From contig CAXXOA010000001.1 of the NCBI GenBank assembly GCA_963666275.2, positions 1,216,001 through 1,280,000 on the forward strand: a DNA stretch of 64,000 nt, given 5' to 3'. The translations under genes and the position numbers were made by a program. Origin of the DNA: Oceanispirochaeta sp. GTDB lineage: Bacteria > Spirochaetota > Spirochaetia > DSM-2461. This document shows positions 1 through 9,910 of this stretch, piece after piece; within the stretch, counting starts at the first letter, position 1; the number at the start of each line of letters is the position of its first letter. The notes below the pieces were generated by a model. The model worked only from the letters and a program-made list of their open reading frames with translations, did no database searches and was not told the origin of the DNA.

Positions 1-941
1 CCTACTGAGATCTCTTTGACAACCAGACCGGCTCCGCCCTGGCCGACGACACCGGCAAGACCATCCACGCCGCCGAAGAATGTGACAGACGCGGCTGCCC
101 AGATCAGGGCTATGATTCCTTCTGCAATCATGGCACCGTAAAATACGGGACGACCCATCCTTTCATTGTCAACGCAGCGGGCCATAATGGGAGACTGGGT
201 GGCATGAAAACCGCTGATGGCGCCGCAGGCAATGGTGATAAACAGGAAGGGAAAGAGGGAGAGTCCCTTGGGATGCAGATTGGTCAGATTGATTTCGGGG
301 ATACTATATCCGCCTGCAAAGAGCATAACACCTACTCCCACAGCCATGATAAGAAGAACGACACCGAAAACGGGATAGAGTTTGGCAATGATTTTATCAA
401 TAGGAAGGATGGTGGCGACAAAGTAGTAGATCAGGATAAGGCCTAGCCAGAACCATTTGTTGGCAAAAATCCCTGTTAAACCGAGGTTTGCCAGAAGTCC
501 TGCGGGTCCTGCCATAAAAACGGTTCCCACAAGAATCAGAAGGACTACTGAGAACACTCTCATAACCTGACGCATGACGTTTCCCAGGTACATGCCGCTG
601 ATTTCAGAAATGGATTTTCCGTCATGCCTGATAGACATCATACCGGAAAAGAAATCGTGTACCGCACCGGCAAAAATACATCCCAGAACGATCCACAGAA
701 AGGATGCTGTTCCGAAAAGGGCTCCCATTACAGCACCGTAGATGGGGCCGAGACCGGCAATATTCAATACCTGGATCAGGAAAATTCTCCAGGGTTTGAG
801 GGGAACAAAATCCACGCCGTCCTGGAGAGTGAGTGCAGGGGTCTGCCTCTCCGGTTCGATTCCGAAAATTGTTTCTACAATCTTACCGTAAACAAAGTAA
901 CCGCCTATCAGCAAGGCCAGGCAGATAAGGAAACTGAACAT
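1..941 (-). CDS. cstA: Carbon starvation protein A / BtsT(YjiY)-like transporter, truncated at the window edge
   Basis: Manual minus-strand translation from ATG 941 (GGAG RBS): MFSFLICLALLIGGYFVYGK...DGVDFVP...LNIAGLGPIYGAVMG...IFAGAVHDF...ITIACGAISGFHATQSP, which are CstA-family motifs. Absent from the ORF track because it runs off the edge. Confidence 0.92.
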   Translation of the reverse strand, partial: MFSFLICLALLIGGYFVYGKIVETIFGIEPERQTPALTLQDGVDFVPLKPWRIFLIQVLNIAGLGPIYGAVMGALFGTASFLWIVLGCIFAGAVHDFFSGMMSIRHDGKSISEISGMYLGNVMRQVMRVFSVVLLILVGTVFMAGPAGLLANLGLTGIFANKWFWLGLILIYYFVATILPIDKIIAKLYPVFGVVLLIMAVGVGVMLFAGGYSIPEINLTNLHPKGLSLFPFLFITIACGAISGFHATQSPIMARCVDNERMGRPVFYGAMIAEGIIALIWAAASVTFFGGVDGLAGVVGQGGAGLVVKEISV

Positions 942-970
942 AATGACTCCTTTGATTAAAAACTGTTGGC

Positions 971-1038
971 ATCATAGACAAAAGAGGGGGCTCGGAAGGG
1001 GAAAAAGAGTGAATGGTAAAAAATCGGGAGTGAATGGT
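971..1038 (-). promoter_or_regulatory. cstA promoter with tandem LytTR-type direct repeats
   Basis: Exact 11-bp repeat GAGTGAATGGT at 1007-1017 and 1028-1038 (21-bp period; minus strand ACCATTCACTC). It lies upstream of a TATGAT -10 at 971-976 (minus) and next to a LytTR regulator gene. Confidence 0.75.
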
Positions 1039-1074
1039 TCAGAAGGATGAGATCTTACGGAATCTCCGGAGCTG

Positions 1075-1845
1075 TCAGTCCATATTGAGGATGTTTTTAA
1101 GTTCTCCCGCATGGGAGCGGCTCACGGGAATGAGCTCTTCCACCCCTTTCAGTTTGATCCTCAGTGAGCTGTTGAACCACTGCTCCACCGATTCGAGATA
1201 GTTCAGATTCACAGTAAAACTCCTGTGGCATTTGAAGAGGGAAGGGTCCTGTACCAGACTCTCCAGTTCTCCCAGGCATTTGCGATAGGTGTAGCAGTGT
1301 TTTTCGGTATAGATAAGAGCCTGTTTGTCATCGGCGGCCAGCATCACTATGTCATCGAAATCCAGGGGAATGAAGTGGCCGTCCCTGTACACGGTTATTT
1401 TCCGGAACCGGTTTTTCTGTTCCCTGTCCGAGCTTTTCAAAAGTGATTGAATAGCCTGTTCCAGAGCGCCCGGAGAGTTCCTGTCCATCAGCTTGTTTCT
1501 GACCCGGCTCATGGCCCGCTGCAGTCTTTCGGTCTCTACAGGTTTCAGCAGATAGTCCAGGGCATTGACATCGAAGGCTTCCAGGGCGAACTGATCATAG
1601 GCGGTAATGAAAATAATCTGGGGAAAGATGGGCATTCCCATCAGCTGTCTGGCCATCTCCAGTCCTGTCATCCCGGGCATCTGTATATCCAGAAGGATCA
1701 GATCCACAGAGGTCTTTTCCAGAACCTCCAGGGCTTTCATTCCGTTTTCCGCTTTCAGAATGTGATCCACATCCCTCTCCTGTTCCAGAAGAAAGGCCAG
1801 TTCGTCCCTGGCGGGTTTTTCATCGTCCACTATCAGAACAGTCAC
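1075..1845 (-). CDS. LytTR-family response regulator (BtsR/YpdB/LytT-like)
   Basis: Receiver domain (VLIVDDE, LLDIQMPGMTG, FITAYD, YLLKP) plus LytTR domain (FKCHRSFTVNL, IPVSRS). GTG start at 1845 overlaps the kinase stop. Confidence 0.93.
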   Translation of the reverse strand: MTVLIVDDEKPARDELAFLLEQERDVDHILKAENGMKALEVLEKTSVDLILLDIQMPGMTGLEMARQLMGMPIFPQIIFITAYDQFALEAFDVNALDYLLKPVETERLQRAMSRVRNKLMDRNSPGALEQAIQSLLKSSDREQKNRFRKITVYRDGHFIPLDFDDIVMLAADDKQALIYTEKHCYTYRKCLGELESLVQDPSLFKCHRSFTVNLNYLESVEQWFNSSLRIKLKGVEELIPVSRSHAGELKNILNMD

Positions 1846-3554
1846 GGTTTTTCCTCCCCCGAAGGAATGAAGATCCTGGCGGTGGTTCCCATACTGTCTC
1901 CGCATTCCAGCTGCAGATCCGCCGAAGGCCCGTAGGTGTTCAGGAGGCGCTGACGGATATTGATTAAACCGATGGAATCGCAGTGTTCGTTTTCAGGCTC
2001 TTCACAGTCAGTCCTGGTTCCCGTTTCCAGACCCATGCCGTTGTCCCTGACAAGCAGGATTGTCCCGTTCTCCACGCTGTAGGCTCTGACAGTGACGATC
2101 CCTCCTTCGGGCTTGGGCTGAATCCCATGGATAACCGCATTTTCCACAAGGGGCTGCAGAAGCAGAGGGGGGATGGATATATTCAGATCATCCTGAATAT
2201 CGAACTCTACCTGCAGCCGTTCGTCAAACCGGGCTTTTTCTATCTCCAGATAGGCTTTGATGTGGTTGATCTCCATTTTCAGAGGGATGGAGACCGCTCC
2301 GGACTGAAGATTGTTCCTGTAGAATGTTCCCAGATGGAGCAGCAGTTCCCGGCCTTTTTCCGGTTCCGTCCGGATCAGAGAAACAATGGTATTGATGGCA
2401 TTGAAAAGGAAATGGGGGTTGATCTGAGCCTGCAGGGCCCGCAGTTCCGCCTTACGGAGCAGGTCCTTCTGTTCATCCAGACGGCTCAGTTCCAGCTGGG
2501 AGGAGAAGAGCACCGCCAGCCCCCTGGCCGTTTCTATATCCGCCTGATTGATCGTATCCCGGGCGCCCTTGTAGAGCTTGAGTGATCCTATGCACTCGGT
2601 TCCTCTCATCAGGGGGGCTATTACCGCAGATTTCAGGGAGCAGTCGGGATGGCTGCAGCCTATCTCCTCCCTGTTATGGGCCACCTGAAGTTCGCCGGTC
2701 TGCATCACTTCTTTTGTAATGCGGGTTAAAAGAGAGCTGCCGGCTTTATGATGGTCATCGGCTTTCCCCACATGGACCAGGATCTTGTCCCTGTCCGTAA
2801 CGGCCACAGCTTCCAGAGACATCTCCTTGTAGATGATCCTGGCCGTCTGCCGGGCCGTTACTTCGGTCAGGCCTTTCCGGAGCAGCGAAAGGGTCTGGTC
2901 GGCAATCCTCAGAACCTGCTGGGACTGCCGGGCTGCCCGCCGTTCGGCCTCGCTGAAGAGATTTTCAAAAGCCAGGATGATCAGGGCGCAGCCGATGCTG
3001 TTGGCTGTGATCATGGGAATGCTTATGATTTCCACAAGGAGCAGAGCATCCCCAAAGGGTTTGGCCGTAGCCAGGATGATGATCATCTGGATCATTTCGG
3101 CCAGAGCCGCTGTGACCAGTGCAAAGAGAGGCTTCCTTTCGCTGTTATAGAACCGGCGGCTCAGGAATCCCGCCATGGCCCCCTCCACAATGGTGGAGAT
3201 CATACAGGACACGGCCGTAAAGCCGCCGATATCAAATCCCCAGCGGTGGACTCCCGCAATAGTCCCGGCCAGAATACCCACAACAGGTCCTCCCAGGAGG
3301 CCTCCCACAAAAACAGGAACCATCCGGGCATTGGCCAGAGCTCCCTGAATGGGAACTCCCGTATAGGTGCCGATGATTCCCAGGCCGCCCAGTACGAGCA
3401 CAGGGAATATATAGTCCCTGAACCGCCTTTCGCTGCTCTTAATAATTCTTGTGAATATATTCAGCCTGGAAAGGAGCAGGGATATGATAATGATCAGTCC
3501 CGCCTGCTGAACCAGGGCTATGATTATCTGGATTATGATTTTATCGCTTAACAT
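1842..3554 (-). CDS. LytS/YehU-family sensor histidine kinase
   Basis: N-terminal 5TM-LYT-like region (GALANAR...GGLLGGP), GAF-like region, ALQAQINPHFLFNAIN, LQPLVENAVIHG and DNGMG HATPase motifs. Confidence 0.93.
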   Translation of the reverse strand: MLSDKIIIQIIIALVQQAGLIIIISLLLSRLNIFTRIIKSSERRFRDYIFPVLVLGGLGIIGTYTGVPIQGALANARMVPVFVGGLLGGPVVGILAGTIAGVHRWGFDIGGFTAVSCMISTIVEGAMAGFLSRRFYNSERKPLFALVTAALAEMIQMIIILATAKPFGDALLLVEIISIPMITANSIGCALIILAFENLFSEAERRAARQSQQVLRIADQTLSLLRKGLTEVTARQTARIIYKEMSLEAVAVTDRDKILVHVGKADDHHKAGSSLLTRITKEVMQTGELQVAHNREEIGCSHPDCSLKSAVIAPLMRGTECIGSLKLYKGARDTINQADIETARGLAVLFSSQLELSRLDEQKDLLRKAELRALQAQINPHFLFNAINTIVSLIRTEPEKGRELLLHLGTFYRNNLQSGAVSIPLKMEINHIKAYLEIEKARFDERLQVEFDIQDDLNISIPPLLLQPLVENAVIHGIQPKPEGGIVTVRAYSVENGTILLVRDNGMGLETGTRTDCEEPENEHCDSIGLINIRQRLLNTYGPSADLQLECGDSMGTTARIFIPSGEEKP

Positions 3555-3682
3555 ATGACCCGGAATTATAAACCCTCCCCGGGGATAGATAAACCGTTTT
3601 CTCGTGTTTACAGGGAAATTCCCCGGGAAAGCTTTTGCACAATCTCATTTTCAGGATTATTCCCGGGGAGGGCTCTTCTGAA

Positions 3683-5029
3683 TCAGAAGTCCGGATTGAT
3701 CTCAATGGTTTTGCCTTCCAGGATGGCATTCATATTTTTTACTGCGCACATCTCTCCGCACATACTGCATGTATTCTCTTCGGCGGGAGGGGCTTCGCTG
3801 CGGTACTGACGGGCTTTTTCCGGGTCCATGGCCAGGCGGAACATCCTGTCCCAGTCCAGCTGTTTCCGGGCATAGCTCATCTGACGCTCCCTCTCCTCAA
3901 AGCGGGAGGGATTCTTCACAAGGTCTGCCGCCCGGGCGGCGATCCGGCTTGCCATAATGCCCTCCTTCACATCCTTCAGATCGGGCAGGCGCAGATGCTC
4001 CGCCGGTGTGAGATAGCAGAGAAAGTCCGCCCCCGCCCGGGCCGCCATGGCTCCGCCGATGGCACCGGTAATATGGTCATACCCGGGAGTTATGTCTGTT
4101 ACAAGTGGGCCCAGCACATAGAAGGGGGCCTTGTGGCAGAGCTTCTTTGCCAGGATTACATTGGCCTCGATCTCATCCATTTTCATATGCCCCGGGCCTT
4201 CCACCATGACCTGGACTCCCGCTTCCCGGGCTCTGACAACCAGTTCGCCCAGGGTGATCAGCTCTTCAATCTGACTGGCATCGGTGGCGTCTTCTCCGCA
4301 GCCGGGGCGGCAGCTGTCTCCCAGACTCAGGGTCACATCGTACTCCCTGCATATTTCAAGGAGTTCATCGTAGTATTCATAAAAGGGGTTTTCTCTTCCT
4401 GTCATTTCCATCCAGGCGAAGAGCAGGGAACCTCCCCGGGAGACAATCCCTGTCAGCCGGGGGTTCCTTTTGACCCGTTCGGCGGTCTGTCTGTTGATCC
4501 CCGCATGGATCGTCATAAAGTCCACTCCGTCTTCCGCATGATCCCGGACCACTTCCATGAAATCCTCCCGGGTCAGCTCTTTCAGACCTTTTTTCCTGTT
4601 TCCCACGGCATCGTACATGGGGACCGTACCCACCATCAGAGGAGTTTCTTCCAGGAGAGCCTGTCTGAACTCTCTGGTCTCGCCATAGCAGCTCAGATCC
4701 ATAATGGAATCCGCACTGAACTTCAGAGCCGCCCGGGCTTTATTCAATTCCAGCTCCCTGTCGGCGCAGTCTTTCGAGATCCCCAGATTCACATTCACTT
4801 TGGTACTCATCCCTGTCCCCACGGCCCGGGGCGTCAGGGCTTTGTGGTTTTTATTGGCGGGAATGACAATGGTCCCCTCTGCCAGACCCCGGCGGATCCT
4901 TTCGGGATCGCACTGTTCCTGCTCCGCCGCCTTTTTCATGGCGTCTGTGATGATATTCAAACGGGCGGCTTCGATCTGGGTTGTCCAGCCGAGGGTGGTC
5001 TTATCTATTTCTTTCTCTGTCAATATCAT
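3683..5029 (-). CDS. thiC: Phosphomethylpyrimidine synthase
   Basis: [47 protein letters not shown] and C-terminal [11 protein letters not shown] start at 5029. Confidence 0.97.
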   Translation of the reverse strand: MILTEKEIDKTTLGWTTQIEAARLNIITDAMKKAAEQEQCDPERIRRGLAEGTIVIPANKNHKALTPRAVGTGMSTKVNVNLGISKDCADRELELNKARAALKFSADSIMDLSCYGETREFRQALLEETPLMVGTVPMYDAVGNRKKGLKELTREDFMEVVRDHAEDGVDFMTIHAGINRQTAERVKRNPRLTGIVSRGGSLLFAWMEMTGRENPFYEYYDELLEICREYDVTLSLGDSCRPGCGEDATDASQIEELITLGELVVRAREAGVQVMVEGPGHMKMDEIEANVILAKKLCHKAPFYVLGPLVTDITPGYDHITGAIGGAMAARAGADFLCYLTPAEHLRLPDLKDVKEGIMASRIAARAADLVKNPSRFEERERQMSYARKQLDWDRMFRLAMDPEKARQYRSEAPPAEENTCSMCGEMCAVKNMNAILEGKTIEINPDF

Positions 5030-6140
5030 ATTTTTTTCCTTTTTCAATCAGATTTCTAATGGTCCGCACTTCATAGGAGGGGTCTTCTGCCCCTGTAATT
5101 TCCGTTACCAGGGCTGTGCAGCGGGCACCCCGGTTCAAAACATCCTGAAGGTTGTGCTTTTTTATCCCTCCGATGGCCACAAAGGGAAGGGTGCTGCGGG
5201 AGACAGCCTGTTCCAGATATTCAAACCCCACTGGGGCACAGACATTTTTTTTGGTACGGGTGGCAAAAATCGGTCCCACACCCAGGTAGTCCACAGGCAG
5301 CTCATGGGCCCTCTGCAGCTGTCCGGGAGAGTGGGTGGAAAGGCCGATCACCATGGACTCTCCCAGCAGTCTTCTCAGGAGCAGGGGATCGTAATCATCC
5401 TGGCCCACATGAAGGCCGTCGGCTTCCACCATAAGGGCCAGTTCGGCATAGTCGTTGATGTAGAACAGGCAGCCGTAGTCCCGTGTCATCTTGCGGATCT
5501 CCAGAGCTTCCGCATAGCGCTGCCGCCCTTCCAGCTCTTTTTCCCTGTACTGGAGGATCTTTGCCCCCCCCTCCAGCATCATCCGGGCGGTCGCTATATT
5601 TCCCCTACCGCAGCTCACTTCCCGGTGGGTCAGGCAGTAAAGCCCGTCGGGCAGAGGATCCGCCCTGGAGGAGGTCCCGAGTTTTCCCAGGATCTCTTTT
5701 TCAAGCTGATAGATCTCCCTCCTCAGGGATTCAAATACCCTGAAATCCAGTTCAGAAAGAGGAGAGGCTGGATCGCAGCTCATCTGCTGCAGGGTTTTTC
5801 CCGTCTCGAAGAGGGTGCGGCAGGCCTCTTCGCTGCGCCTGAAGTTGGCCGCCATAAGGTGCAGGGGAGACTTCCGGACCTCCCAGTCTGCGGATTTTGA
5901 ATCGTCCCATCCCGCATCCCCTGCGGAATCCCGGGACCGGAGCAGCTGGGGTGTCAGAGGCTGGAGAACACTGCGGCTTCTGTGGCGGAGGCTTTTCAGC
6001 TTCCCTGCCTGTCTGTCCAGGCTCAGGGAAAAACGGCACTGGTCCTCCAGAACCCGGAGCCCTTCGCTCAGTCTGTTTCCCGAGGCATCCAGGCTGCGGT
6101 AAAGTCCTGTAAGAGTAAAAAGTGTTTCAGTACCAGTCAT
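5001..6140 (-). CDS. thiE: Thiamine-phosphate synthase with N-terminal ThiD2-like domain
   Basis: N-terminal [17 protein letters not shown]...[14 protein letters not shown] resembles the cyanobacterial-type ThiE extension. C-terminal [39 protein letters not shown]. Confidence 0.92.
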   Translation of the reverse strand: MTGTETLFTLTGLYRSLDASGNRLSEGLRVLEDQCRFSLSLDRQAGKLKSLRHRSRSVLQPLTPQLLRSRDSAGDAGWDDSKSADWEVRKSPLHLMAANFRRSEEACRTLFETGKTLQQMSCDPASPLSELDFRVFESLRREIYQLEKEILGKLGTSSRADPLPDGLYCLTHREVSCGRGNIATARMMLEGGAKILQYREKELEGRQRYAEALEIRKMTRDYGCLFYINDYAELALMVEADGLHVGQDDYDPLLLRRLLGESMVIGLSTHSPGQLQRAHELPVDYLGVGPIFATRTKKNVCAPVGFEYLEQAVSRSTLPFVAIGGIKKHNLQDVLNRGARCTALVTEITGAEDPSYEVRTIRNLIEKGKKYDIDRERNR

Positions 6141-6795
6141 ACCCGGACTCCTTTACAGCCTGTTTTATAAGAGCGTGAACCTGTGCGGCCGCAGCAGTGA
6201 CAACACCGGGCATCAGCGGCGGATTCTCCGGGCTGATTTCATGGGTTCCGTCACCGGCCATGACAATAAGTGCAGAATCCTCCCCGGAGCCCCGGTTTAC
6301 CTGTAGCGTGCGGGTGCTGATCCGGCTGATATCCTTCCAGCTGCCCAACCCGCTGGCGGCGGCGATCCATCTGTTATGGGGGGAGCAGAAGTTCAGAATG
6401 GCTGCCTTTACATCCGCTTTATCCACAGCTTCCAGAAGGTATCGACAGTTTTGAAACAGAGCCGGTTCCGCTTCCGGGTTGTAATAGGTATTTCTTGTCT
6501 GAATATTCAGGCCCGGGGAGAGTTCCAGAAGGAGCTCTTTCAGCGCTTCCGCTTTTGGTCTTCCCACATGGCGGGGAAAATACATCTGCCTGTTCAGATT
6601 GGAGGGCTCCACAATGTCTCCGTCTATAAGGTCAAAGTTTCTGAAACCGCTGCGTGCAAGCATAAAGGCGCAGTTGGAACCCAGGCCTCCGCAGCCTATG
6701 ATGCCGACCCGGACCTTTCCGAAATAATCCAGTAAAGGAAGGGGGATGTAGGATTTCAATCCTTCTGCCAGGGAATCGGTTTGAACAGGGATCAT
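6127..6795 (-). CDS. thiF: Sulfur-carrier protein ThiS adenylyltransferase
   Basis: GIIGCGGLGS, DGDIVEPSNLNRQ and GRPKAEA motifs; located within the thi operon. Confidence 0.9.
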   Translation of the reverse strand: MIPVQTDSLAEGLKSYIPLPLLDYFGKVRVGIIGCGGLGSNCAFMLARSGFRNFDLIDGDIVEPSNLNRQMYFPRHVGRPKAEALKELLLELSPGLNIQTRNTYYNPEAEPALFQNCRYLLEAVDKADVKAAILNFCSPHNRWIAAASGLGSWKDISRISTRTLQVNRGSGEDSALIVMAGDGTHEISPENPPLMPGVVTAAAAQVHALIKQAVKESGYDWY

Positions 6796-7919
6796 ACACA
6801 CACCTCCCGGGAAGAGGATTCTGAAGATACCGGGCTTCGCCAGTCCCTGTAGACAGGCTGGTAGCCGATCTCCCTGAGCATAGCCGCAGTGGCTTCAATG
6901 CTGCTCTCATCGTTAACGGCAAACTGACCTGCGCCGCTATTCAGGGTGTACCCTCCCACCGCTGTGGAGGATCCGGCAGAGAGTCTTGTGACTCCCAGGG
7001 GGATCAGCCGGCGGCGTAAGGCAGAGGATTCCCGGGTGGAGAGACTCAATCCTCCCCGGGGCATAAAGAGCCGCCAGGAGAGCATGGCCTGAACCAGATC
7101 CCGTTCCTCCACAGGGTAGGGAACCCTGTATCCGGAAGCCGGTCTGATCCGGGGAAAAGACATGGCCACATCGGTTCCGGGATACCGGGACGCCAGCCAA
7201 CGGGCATGACAGGCGGCGGTAAAAAAATCTTTCCGCCAGGGGGCAAGGCCCAGGAGGACTCCCTGATTGATACTGCGGTACCCGGCCTGACAGGCTGCTT
7301 CGGGGGCAGACACCCGGTGCTCATAAATGCTTTTGGGCCCCGAAGGATGGTAAACTTTGTAAAGTTCCCTGTGGTAGGTTTCCTGATAGATTGTCATCTC
7401 TTCCGCCCCGGCCCGGCCCAGCATTTCATACCCCTGTCTGTCCAGCGAGTAGATTTCCAGTCCTGTACAGGCAGAATACTCCCGCAGGATTTCAAGCTTT
7501 TCGGCAATCCATTCAGGGGGGGAGTGCTTCTGGCTGCATCCTGTTAAAACAAGGATGTGCCGAATGCCTTTACTTACAAGATATTCAGCTTCCCTTCTGA
7601 GGCCGTCATTATCCAGGCGGGACCGTTTCATTGTATTCCCGCTGCTGAAAGAACAGTAGGTACAGGGGCTGCTGCAGTAATCGGACAGGTAGATCGGGGC
7701 ATAGAGAAGCACAGCTTTTCCGAAATTCTTCCGGGACAGAGCCGCGCTTTTCCGGGCCATGAGCTCCAGATAGGGCAGGGCCTGCTCCGACAGCAATGCA
7801 GCCAGATCCCGGATTGTCAGTTTTTCCCGGTTCAGAGCCACTTTTACTTCCGCCTCTGTCACAGGAGTCTCAATCAGGGCCTGACACTCTTCCAGGTATT
7901 CCAGTAATTCCTGATTCAT
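6792..7919 (-). CDS. thiH: 2-iminoacetate synthase (radical SAM)
   Basis: YAPIYLSDYCSSPCTYCSF (CxxxCxxC), YQETY, SFPRIRP, LSTRE, SAGSSTAVGGY. Start MNQELL at 7919. Confidence 0.95.
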   Translation of the reverse strand: MNQELLEYLEECQALIETPVTEAEVKVALNREKLTIRDLAALLSEQALPYLELMARKSAALSRKNFGKAVLLYAPIYLSDYCSSPCTYCSFSSGNTMKRSRLDNDGLRREAEYLVSKGIRHILVLTGCSQKHSPPEWIAEKLEILREYSACTGLEIYSLDRQGYEMLGRAGAEEMTIYQETYHRELYKVYHPSGPKSIYEHRVSAPEAACQAGYRSINQGVLLGLAPWRKDFFTAACHARWLASRYPGTDVAMSFPRIRPASGYRVPYPVEERDLVQAMLSWRLFMPRGGLSLSTRESSALRRRLIPLGVTRLSAGSSTAVGGYTLNSGAGQFAVNDESSIEATAAMLREIGYQPVYRDWRSPVSSESSSREVCV

Positions 7920-7921
7920 AT

Positions 7922-8725
7922 TCACCCCCTGTTGTAGAGAAAGCCCGTCAGAGGGGAGGATGCCGAGGCCGGAGAGGGCGTCAGACCTTCTCCTACCGGA
8001 CATTGGTAACCCGACAGATAGGCTTTCCGGCCTGATTCTATGGCGGCGGCGAATGCTTCGGCCATCACGACAGGATCCTCGGCCAGAGCGATAGCCGAGT
8101 TGATCATACAGGCGTCGGCTCCCAGCTCCATGGCCCGGCAGGCTTCCGAGGGACGGCCGATCCCCGCATCCACGATGATGGGAAGATCGATCTCTTCAAT
8201 GAGGATGCGGATCATCTCTTCGGTTTTCAGGCCTTTATAGCTTCCGATGGGGGCTCCCAGAGGCATCACCGCCGCGGCGCCGGCATCCCGCAGAGCCCTG
8301 GCTACATAGAGATCGGGATTCATGTAGGGAAAAACTTCAAAGCCCTTTCCGGCAAGAATCTCCGTGGCTTTTACGGTTTCATACCCGTCGGGAAGGAGGT
8401 AGGTATTATCGCTGATCACTTCCACTTTCACCCAGTTCCCGCAACCAGCAGCCCGGGCCAGTTCGGCCAGACGGACTGCCTCTTCCGCTGTTCGGGCTCC
8501 TGATGTGTTGGGCATGAGAATCATCTCCCGAGGGATGTGGTCGGTGATATTTTCCTCCGGCCGGCCCCAGTCCATGCGCCGGAGGGCTACTGTAATCACC
8601 TGGGCTCCCGAGGCTCTGATAATGTCGGGGATGAGAGAGTCCCTGCTGTGTTTTCCTGTTCCTGTGATGAGCCGGCTTGTCAGAACCCGGCCTCCGATTT
8701 CAAGAGGATCGGTACTGCTTTTCAT
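7922..8725 (-). CDS. thiG: Thiazole synthase
   Basis: [50 protein letters not shown]. Confidence 0.97.
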   Translation of the reverse strand: MKSSTDPLEIGGRVLTSRLITGTGKHSRDSLIPDIIRASGAQVITVALRRMDWGRPEENITDHIPREMILMPNTSGARTAEEAVRLAELARAAGCGNWVKVEVISDNTYLLPDGYETVKATEILAGKGFEVFPYMNPDLYVARALRDAGAAAVMPLGAPIGSYKGLKTEEMIRILIEEIDLPIIVDAGIGRPSEACRAMELGADACMINSAIALAEDPVVMAEAFAAAIESGRKAYLSGYQCPVGEGLTPSPASASSPLTGFLYNRG

Positions 8726-8726
8726 A

Positions 8727-8927
8727 TCAGCCGCCTCCTACAAGACGGATCACTTCAATCGTGTCGCCTGAGCGGACCTGCACCCGGGCCCATTCGTCTC
8801 TGGGAACAATCAGTCCGTTCTGTTCTATGACCAGCCGGTCTGTAGCGGTTTCTTTGCGGTTTAAAAGATCTGTCAGGGACTCATGTCCCGGACAAACCTC
8901 TTCTGTGCCGTTCAGAATAATCTTCAT
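8727..8927 (-). CDS. thiS: Sulfur carrier protein
   Basis: 66 aa, MKIILNG...[13 protein letters not shown], ending in the C-terminal GG motif. AGGAG RBS. Confidence 0.95.
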   Translation of the reverse strand: MKIILNGTEEVCPGHESLTDLLNRKETATDRLVIEQNGLIVPRDEWARVQVRSGDTIEVIRLVGGG

Positions 8928-8948
8928 AAGATTAACTCCTTTGGGCAC

Positions 8949-8976
8949 AAAAAAAGCTTACCCGGGAGGCAAGCTT
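8949..8976 (-). terminator. Intrinsic terminator in the TPP riboswitch expression platform
   Basis: Minus strand AAGCTTGCC-TCCCG-GGTAAGCTT followed by a T run, just before the thiS RBS. Confidence 0.75.
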
Positions 8977-9050
8977 CTCTTCATGGTATGGAAAAACCGG
9001 TTTCCGGCGGAGAGAAGAGTTCTCCGCTGTAAACGTCCTGTTTTTCATCC

Positions 9051-9140
9051 AAAGCTTTCCTCCGACCGTACTAACGGTATCAGGTTCCAAGGGTCGGGTT
9101 TTACCCCTCTCAGTCCATCAGTTGGACTCCCCCAGCTTCT
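9051..9140 (-). ncRNA. TPP riboswitch aptamer
   Basis: Minus strand GGGGGAGTCC...GGACTGAGAGGGG...GACCCTTGGAACCTGATACCGTTAGTACGGTCGGAGGAAAGC matches the THI-box hallmarks (CTGAGA, GAACCTGAT) and sits upstream of the thi operon. Confidence 0.93.
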
Positions 9141-9164
9141 ATTGTGCTGATAATGTCTGGGTTA

Positions 9165-9194
9165 ACTATAGAGGAAGGTGTGGAAAAATGTAAA
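9165..9194 (-). promoter_or_regulatory. Putative sigma70 promoter of the thi operon
   Basis: Minus strand TTTACA-N18-TATAGT upstream of the riboswitch. Confidence 0.55.
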
Positions 9195-9282
9195 GGGGGG
9201 GGGACTGAATTATTTTGAAGCATCAGCTGCATAAAACCTGTTAAATATTCTGTATTAACTTTATATTTAAGGAAGATATAGT

Positions 9283-9636
9283 ATGGGAGAACCGCAGGTG
9301 GATCAGAATCAGCTGGAACAGATTGGTGCTTATGTGAAAGACCATATCGGTCAATGGATAGAGGAAAAAAATATTATCCCTTTTACTAAAGCAGCCAATT
9401 TTGGAGATCCTCGTCTGCTGGAACGGATGGTAGCAGTGGAACAGCAGCTGAAGTTTCAGAATGAGAAAATTGAATTGCTGATTCAGCAGTCAGACAGGCG
9501 ATTTACTGATTTGCAGTTATATATGGAAAAGCGATTTGAAGCAAATGAAAAAAAGTTGACCAAGTTAACCTGGATTATCGGTGTAGGATTTTCTCTTCTG
9601 ACTGTGGTTATGTCATTGTACAGGTTTCTCGGGTAG
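9283..9636 (+). CDS. Hypothetical coiled-coil protein with C-terminal TM helix (Bdr/DUF1640-like)
   Basis: DRRF and EKRFE coiled-coil segments followed by hydrophobic WIIGVGFSLLTVVMSLYRFLG. AAGGAAG RBS. Confidence 0.7.
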   Translation: MGEPQVDQNQLEQIGAYVKDHIGQWIEEKNIIPFTKAANFGDPRLLERMVAVEQQLKFQNEKIELLIQQSDRRFTDLQLYMEKRFEANEKKLTKLTWIIGVGFSLLTVVMSLYRFLG

Positions 9637-9676
9637 GATTGTTTAAACCTGCCCATTACAGATCAAATAAAGCAAA

Positions 9677-9705
9677 TTGACAAACAGGCTGTTGGAAAGT
9701 AAAAT
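9677..9705 (+). promoter_or_regulatory. sigma70 promoter of the methyltransferase gene
   Basis: TTGACA (9677-9682)-N17-TAAAAT (9700-9705). Confidence 0.75.
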
Positions 9706-9910
9706 ATTCTTAATCTGATTTTTACGGGAGTTGCCCACCCGGCCCCTTTGTTAAAGCGGCGCTGGAACTGAATAAAACCAAAATAACAACAACTCAATTA
9801 CCTACTGCAGGTGAGTTGTATGTGTTGGTTTTTTCAGAAAATTCCGATTTCCTATCTATAATTTTTACCAGCACAAACAGCTTGCCTCTGAAAATCATTT
9901 GGAGGACAGA

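Noticed and set aside
3635..5059. 474-aa plus-strand ORF, and similar long antisense ORFs at 4704-5900, 22501-23949, 34265-35842, 39426-40796, 44110-45345, 46982-48235 and 58627-59730
   Set aside because: These are antisense shadows of well-supported genes (thiC, thiE, trpGD, trkH, the deacetylase-like gene, polA, the phosphorylase, ackA) and show no recognisable motifs.
9195..9203. G9 homopolymer as a phase-variation tract
   Set aside because: It lies outside the -35/-10 spacer of the thi promoter and outside any CDS, and one sequence gives no evidence of length variation.
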